In this document: one piece after another, positions 55,801 through 61,800 of the stretch
Numbering within the stretch: the stretch's first letter is position 1
Layout: every line of letters starts with the position of its first letter
Assembly (NCBI GenBank): GCA_041674705.1
Contig: JBAYVF010000007.1
Location: forward strand, 1,322-65,321
From: Candidatus Omnitrophota bacterium
GTDB taxonomy: Bacteria; Omnitrophota; Omnitrophia; Omnitrophales; Aquincolibacteriaceae
Reading direction: 5' to 3'
Length of the DNA stretch: 64,000 bases
Notes under the pieces: generated by a model
What the model saw: only the letters and a program-made list of their open reading frames with translations
The model's database searches: none
What the model was told of the DNA's origin: nothing
Program-made: the position numbers and the translations under genes

Positions 55801-58800
55801 TTCTTCGGCTTCCTTCAGTATCCGGTCAAAAAGCCACTGGAAACTCTGGAACTGGACCTGCCGGCTTCCTTTAAGAAGGCTTTCGAGATTCTCCGCAAGG
55901 TCCGGATCTGTTCGCCGCAGAAGCTCGTCGGCGATCTCCATAAATCTCGGAGCATCGATCCGGCGGTCCATAAGGACATTGGCCACAACCTTCGCGGCTT
56001 TGGAGTTCGGATTCCGGGAAGCGATCACGGCCACGAGCTGTCGCGCCGCCTTGATCGTCTCATCATTCGGTTGCCCGAAAGACACATTGGTCACGGTCGC
56101 GCGAAGATCATTCTTATCATTCCAGATCTGCGTTCCAAGAAGGGCTGCAACCGACGCTTCGTCGCTCAAGACCATGGTAACAAGATTTTCCGGTCCACCT
56201 ATGGCTGCGGCCATGAGAGCCATATTAATTGTCGCGGGAAGAGCTGTTGCTTTTTCCGGAAGCGGCACAACCGCGGGAGCCTGACCGACCACCGGAAGAA
56301 GAGAAATTGTATTTTTTTGTTTTTGGCCTGTCTTACGTGCGGCTCTCAGATCCTTCGCGGTTGTTAAAAATACGTCGCGGCCGGCATCTGTAAAGAAATA
56401 GCAGATTTCGGCCCTGCCAGCCATGATCGGAGCCTGGCGAAGATACCCCATCCCGCGCTTTCCATCGGCCTGCTGGGCCAGTAACCCGTCGATCGCTTCT
56501 TTAAGCTCCGGCTCCGAAAGATCGGCCTTTATTCCCAAAATAGCCGCGAATTCCTTCAACCCGTATTGAAGCTCTCTCAGAGTTACATAACCGTGGAACC
56601 TTAACGCATTTTCAGCGCCGGTCATGTTGCAAAGAATTTTCCAGGCCATCCCGGCATTTAAAGAAGCTTTCTCTTGATCCCCTCTCGCCTCCGAACGCAA
56701 GGCGTTGACGTGGTCGATCGTTTCTTCCACGATCGGCGCGCCGGTTCGTCTAAAAAGTTCGAGTTTTTCCACCAGATCCGCAGCCGCCTGGGGCAGCCCG
56801 TTATGGAGGGCGATCTCGAGTCTTGAAAAATTGTGCGGCCAATGGGATTTTTCGATCTCCCGGATCTTTTCGGTCAGATCTTGCGCTGCCGGTGCTGCTT
56901 TCGATGTCCCGGCATCCTCACGCGCTTCAGAACGGGAAACACGGTCAATGGCAACGACACGATAGAAACGTTTTGCGGGAAGCACGCCGCCGGTGAAACT
57001 CCCGTCATCGATCCAGCTCGTTTGATCCCCGTCTGCGACGATCCCCCGCTGAGCGAGCTGCCAGGAACCGGTTTTCAGATCATCGCGATATTCGATCCGA
57101 TAAACAAAAGCGTCCTGGCTTGCGAATTCGACTTTAAAAGTTCCGTTCGTCAGCTTCAGCCCCTCGACCTCGGGGGCTTCCGTCGGCACAAATCCCGGCC
57201 GCCTTGTAGCGTTTGGCTCGATATTCAGCGTTGTTGTTGCCGTAATAGGGCTCGTGGTCGAGGTCTCAGCCAGTCTGCCCGTGCCCTTTTTTGCAATCAT
57301 AGCCCAGGGGCTTGTGACGCCAACATTTTGGATCTCCTGGCTGCCCCAATCGGAAGTCCGAAGCAGGTTGCGGGTTGCGCTCGCAACGCCTCTCCACATG
57401 CCGGCGTCATCCGATATTGCGAATAAAACAATAGCCCCTGCAGGTAACTCGCTTAAATAGCTTTGGAATTCCGTGTGCTCTGCATCGCTGTACGAAGTAT
57501 CAAAATGTTTGAAATCTTTTATCCTGATACCTGTCGTTTCATCTAAAATCGCGACGTTGAATCCCCGGGCTCCCTTATCGCCGCCAGCTCTCGAGTAGAC
57601 TGTTTTTCCGCCAATTTTAAAAACCGCGCTTCCGAACTCCCCCCCGGCTGAGGAGACCGAGAGCTCAGCATTGGTCACCAGAGGAATTGCCTCGTGACCG
57701 TTCAGCGCAAATCGCTGTTGAAACGCGGGAACAACCAGTTTGGGCTGGCGCGAAATGGTAAACCAACCAAACCACTTTTCATCGTTATACCCGGGATTGC
57801 CGTCAGGCTGGGCGTAGTTGTACTCGGTTGAATAGTTATGAACTCCGGGGTTCCCGCCTTTATGCCATTCATCTTGGAATTCAAACCCAAGCACGCCGGA
57901 GACGATACCGTTCGTTCTTTCAGCCGCAAGATTGAAAAAGATTTCATCCCAAAGACCGATATTGAAATCCCTCTGCATCTCCTGATTTTCCGCCAAGATC
58001 CGGTGATCAAAGGAGTCGGCCCCGAATTCGCTGACAAACACGGGCTTGGTTGAGATCCTGGCCCATTGGGAGAAAGCATCGGTAAAACTGGCGTTCCGAT
58101 AAAGCTGAAGTCCCCAAATGTCGACGCTTGGCGTCCAAGAATTAATGATGGTGCTTGAAAAATAATACCCTGCCGGCACGCCCCAGGCTGCGATATCAGG
58201 ATCCAGAAAGTGATAAGTTCCCCATGCCTTGGTTGTTTCTGACTTGGGTATATGCGGGTCACCAAAAAAACTAACGGCCGGATGATTCGTATCAAGGGAT
58301 TTAATGGTTTGAGCTGTCTCCTCCGTAAATTGAGCTGCGGCATCTAGGGTTGGAAATTTTCCGTAATAGCGATTGATATCCCATTCGTTTCCGATGCCCC
58401 AACCAAAAACCGCCGGATGATTTTTAAAAGCGTTCACGATCACGGGAATATTGCTCGAATTGGTCGTGTCATTAAAAAAGGGTGCGGTGACGGGAAGAAT
58501 GACCTTGATCCCGTATTTATAGAACATATCCAGAACAGCCTTCGCTTGGGCATTTGTCCCCATGTCATAATAAAGCCGCGCCACATTCACGCCCATGTCC
58601 GCCATTTTTGGGATATCGTTCGTGTACCATTTAAAAAATTCCTGGCGGAATCCGGCCGCATCGCCGTCGGGGTTGGAATTTGTGGAAGAGGGACTCCAAT
58701 TCACCCCTTTAAGGGTAAAAGCGTAGTTCGTTCCAAGGGTCCCATCCTGATTCCGCTCCTTTACAAAAATCCTCCGGTCGCCGGGCTGGGTGGAAACAAT

Positions 58801-61800
58801 GGCGGGTTTGTCAGGGACGCCGAATGTGCCCGCATAAATTTCGCGCACCAAGGAAAAAAGCATGATAAGCCCCGCGATCAACAGCCTGGTCCAGTTCGCG
58901 GTGCGCAATTCGGCCCGGGTTTTTGTGTGGCGGTTCAGGAAATCGAACCCTGCGAGTTTTCCGTTGGGAATCCCTTCGGGGGAAATCTCCAAAGGATCGC
59001 TTGTCGGAATCTCCTGGCCAAAACTCAAGGCGGTTACGACTGGCTTTGCTTCTTCTAGGGAAGATTTCGGGACAATAATGGCGCCGGCGAGTCCGGGAGC
59101 AAATACGATTTTATCCACAAACCCGAAATAAGGCTTCCATGAGTGCATCTCATCGCCTTGAACTTCCGCCGTGGTGTCCCAAGGATCGCTTTGTGCGATT
59201 TTCTGTTGAACCTCGGGTAGCGTTTCAGAGGTCGCCTGCAATAACGCTTCGACTTTGGCTTTTACTTCCTGGGTTCTGATATCGGAATCATAAAGCAGCT
59301 TCTTGGCTCCGGCGTGAGCCGTTTGGTAGCCCGGGTACAAAGGAGAATTTTTCGCTGTCCGGCCAAGAACCTCGCCGGCCTTATCAAGGGCCCTCTTGTC
59401 ATCCCTTCGGATCTGCATCCACGCATCAAGCTCTTCCAACGCTTCACGAAGCGCGACGTTCATCGCGGCCTGAGCGGTTTCTCCCCCGCGAACCTCGGAG
59501 CGCACCGCTTTTTCCGGCAACTGCGCCGTCAACGGTTGGATTTCTTCCGTGCCGGGACTCCAGATCTTGGCCTCTCTCCCTCGAGAAAGAACGATCAAGG
59601 GAACTCGTTCTTCATGGGAAAGCTCCCCGCTACTCTTGAAGGGATAATAGTGAACGATCAGAACAAGCTTCTTTCCCTTTTCCGAGACATTCTCAAGCAT
59701 CGGGAGTTTGCCGGCAGGGGGAATCCACTCTCCTTGGGCATTAAAGCGGAGCTTATCTTCGAGCAGCTTTGGGTTGACCACTCGCGTTGCCATTTCGATC
59801 GTTGAACTAGTTTCATCATAAAAGAAATACGTTTCAAGAATGAATGGCAATCCCTCGGAAACGATTTCCCCAAAACCTTCCTTGGTTAAAAGGTCTCCGA
59901 CTGTGGCAACTCCCTTGGCTCTGGCCTCATGGCCGGGATAAGCTTTCAAGGCGAGGCCGAAAAATTCTTCCTGAGAAAGAAAAGGTTTGGGCACGCCATT
60001 GGCAAGATAATAGCTCGTCACGCCGGATTCACCCGTGTCCCTTTTCAGGGTGGGCGCGTCAAAGAAAGTAGCGTTTAGTTTGTGGAAACTTAAATCCAAA
60101 GCCATGTTTCCAGCTCTTAAAAAAGACAGGAAGCCTTCCGCCCGGATAACCGTATTTTCCCTGGAAATTCGCGGGATCGTTTTCAAGATCTCCGGTTCGG
60201 TTTTCATCCATTGCTTCAACCACATGCCTGCCTCCGAAGCCGCCGCCTCTAAAAAACTCCTGGCCACGTCGCTGACCGGGATATCTCTTCTATCAAGCCA
60301 GGCTGGATCCACGGGATGAAAATCATGGTCCTGCCTCTCAAGGGCGTCAAAGCCTCGCTTCGCTTTTTCCAAAAGGTCCGCCTCTTCCCGCATGGCTCTT
60401 TCGACGCGGGAAATTGCGCGAACAATCTCCTCTTTCTGTCTGGCAGCATCTATTCTCCGGCCGTGATCCAAATAGTGTTCGTGCTTGGCCAAGGTATCTG
60501 CAGTGTGCTCCCCGAGATTGAGGAGATATTTGAGATCCTTTTCTATGTCGGGGAACGGTTCGTCGTTTCTCGTTTCTGATCTTTGCCTCTGCCACTCTCG
60601 CGCAACGCTTAAGACAACGCCAAAGTCGGTTTTTTGCTTGAGGATGGTTTCGGTCAGAATGCCGCCGGAGGTTCCAAATCCAAAAGGATTGTGATTATTT
60701 TTTAGATTTTTTTCAGCCACTTTCACTTTAACAAAAAACGACTGTTCTCCGGATCCCAAAAGGATGGGGTCTTTGACCGCAGCGAGTTCTTTTTCGTGGC
60801 CTTCCACAGGGAAGATCTGGACCGTATTGCCTTGCACGCTCTTCTGGAAAACAGGCTGCTGCGATCCGAAAATCTTGGGAGTTTGAGGGGCCGCCGGCGG
60901 GGCCATTCTTTCCTGGTCCCTCTTTTCCTTCATAATCCCGATGATCCAGCTCACAAGCTTGCTCTGATCATTCCATAAGAGCACCTCGCCATCGCTTTCT
61001 GCCCCCCCGTTGTGCTTGACCACGAGAAATTGATCCGGACCAACTTTAACGCCGTACTTGGCAGCCACATCGATCTCCAGTTCTGTTTCCGGAGGTAAAA
61101 TGCCGAGTTTCTGCCATTCTTTGAGCCCTTGGGTCAGATCATCCTTGGTCCACGCTTCGATCCGGTGCTCCCCGACCTGCAACTTGACCGCCGGTTCGCC
61201 GTTCACCTCCTCTTCGCGCGCTTCTGACCTTTTTCTTGACGTATCCGTCGCTAATCGCCCGATCTCAGCTTTCCATGTTTTGAAAGCCTCCTGTTTTTCC
61301 TTAAAGGTTTTATTTCTTAATGCTTCTAATCCGTTAACAAGACGCCCTAAAGCTTCTTCGGTCGCCGCCGGGCCTTTCCCAAACCAGATGGCTCCCCGAG
61401 CCCTTTCTCCCCCGCCCCTTTCATCCACGGAAAAAACAACAAGCTGTCCCCTGTCTGATTCTTGCTGTTTCTTTTTTCTGGAAAACTGGATTATCGGATA
61501 ATCGCTTTCGTCTTTTTTAAACTCGTCGCCAAAATAAACAGCGTCATTCAGATCCATCAGTCCGTCCTGAAACAGATCCTCGATGGGGGCGGCCTTACTA
61601 ACTCCTTCCGGCGTAATCTCAATCCCATTCAGATCGAAGGCGAGGACGCCCAGGCCGGAAATGCCGAGCTTTTCAATCTCACGCGCAATGATCTCTTTTA
61701 TAAAGCTCAGGACCTCCTTAGGTCTGTCGCTTTTTTCCAACCCATTGATCCGGAACATGAGCTGAGTATCACGATCATGCTTCGTCGGAGGCGACAGCCG

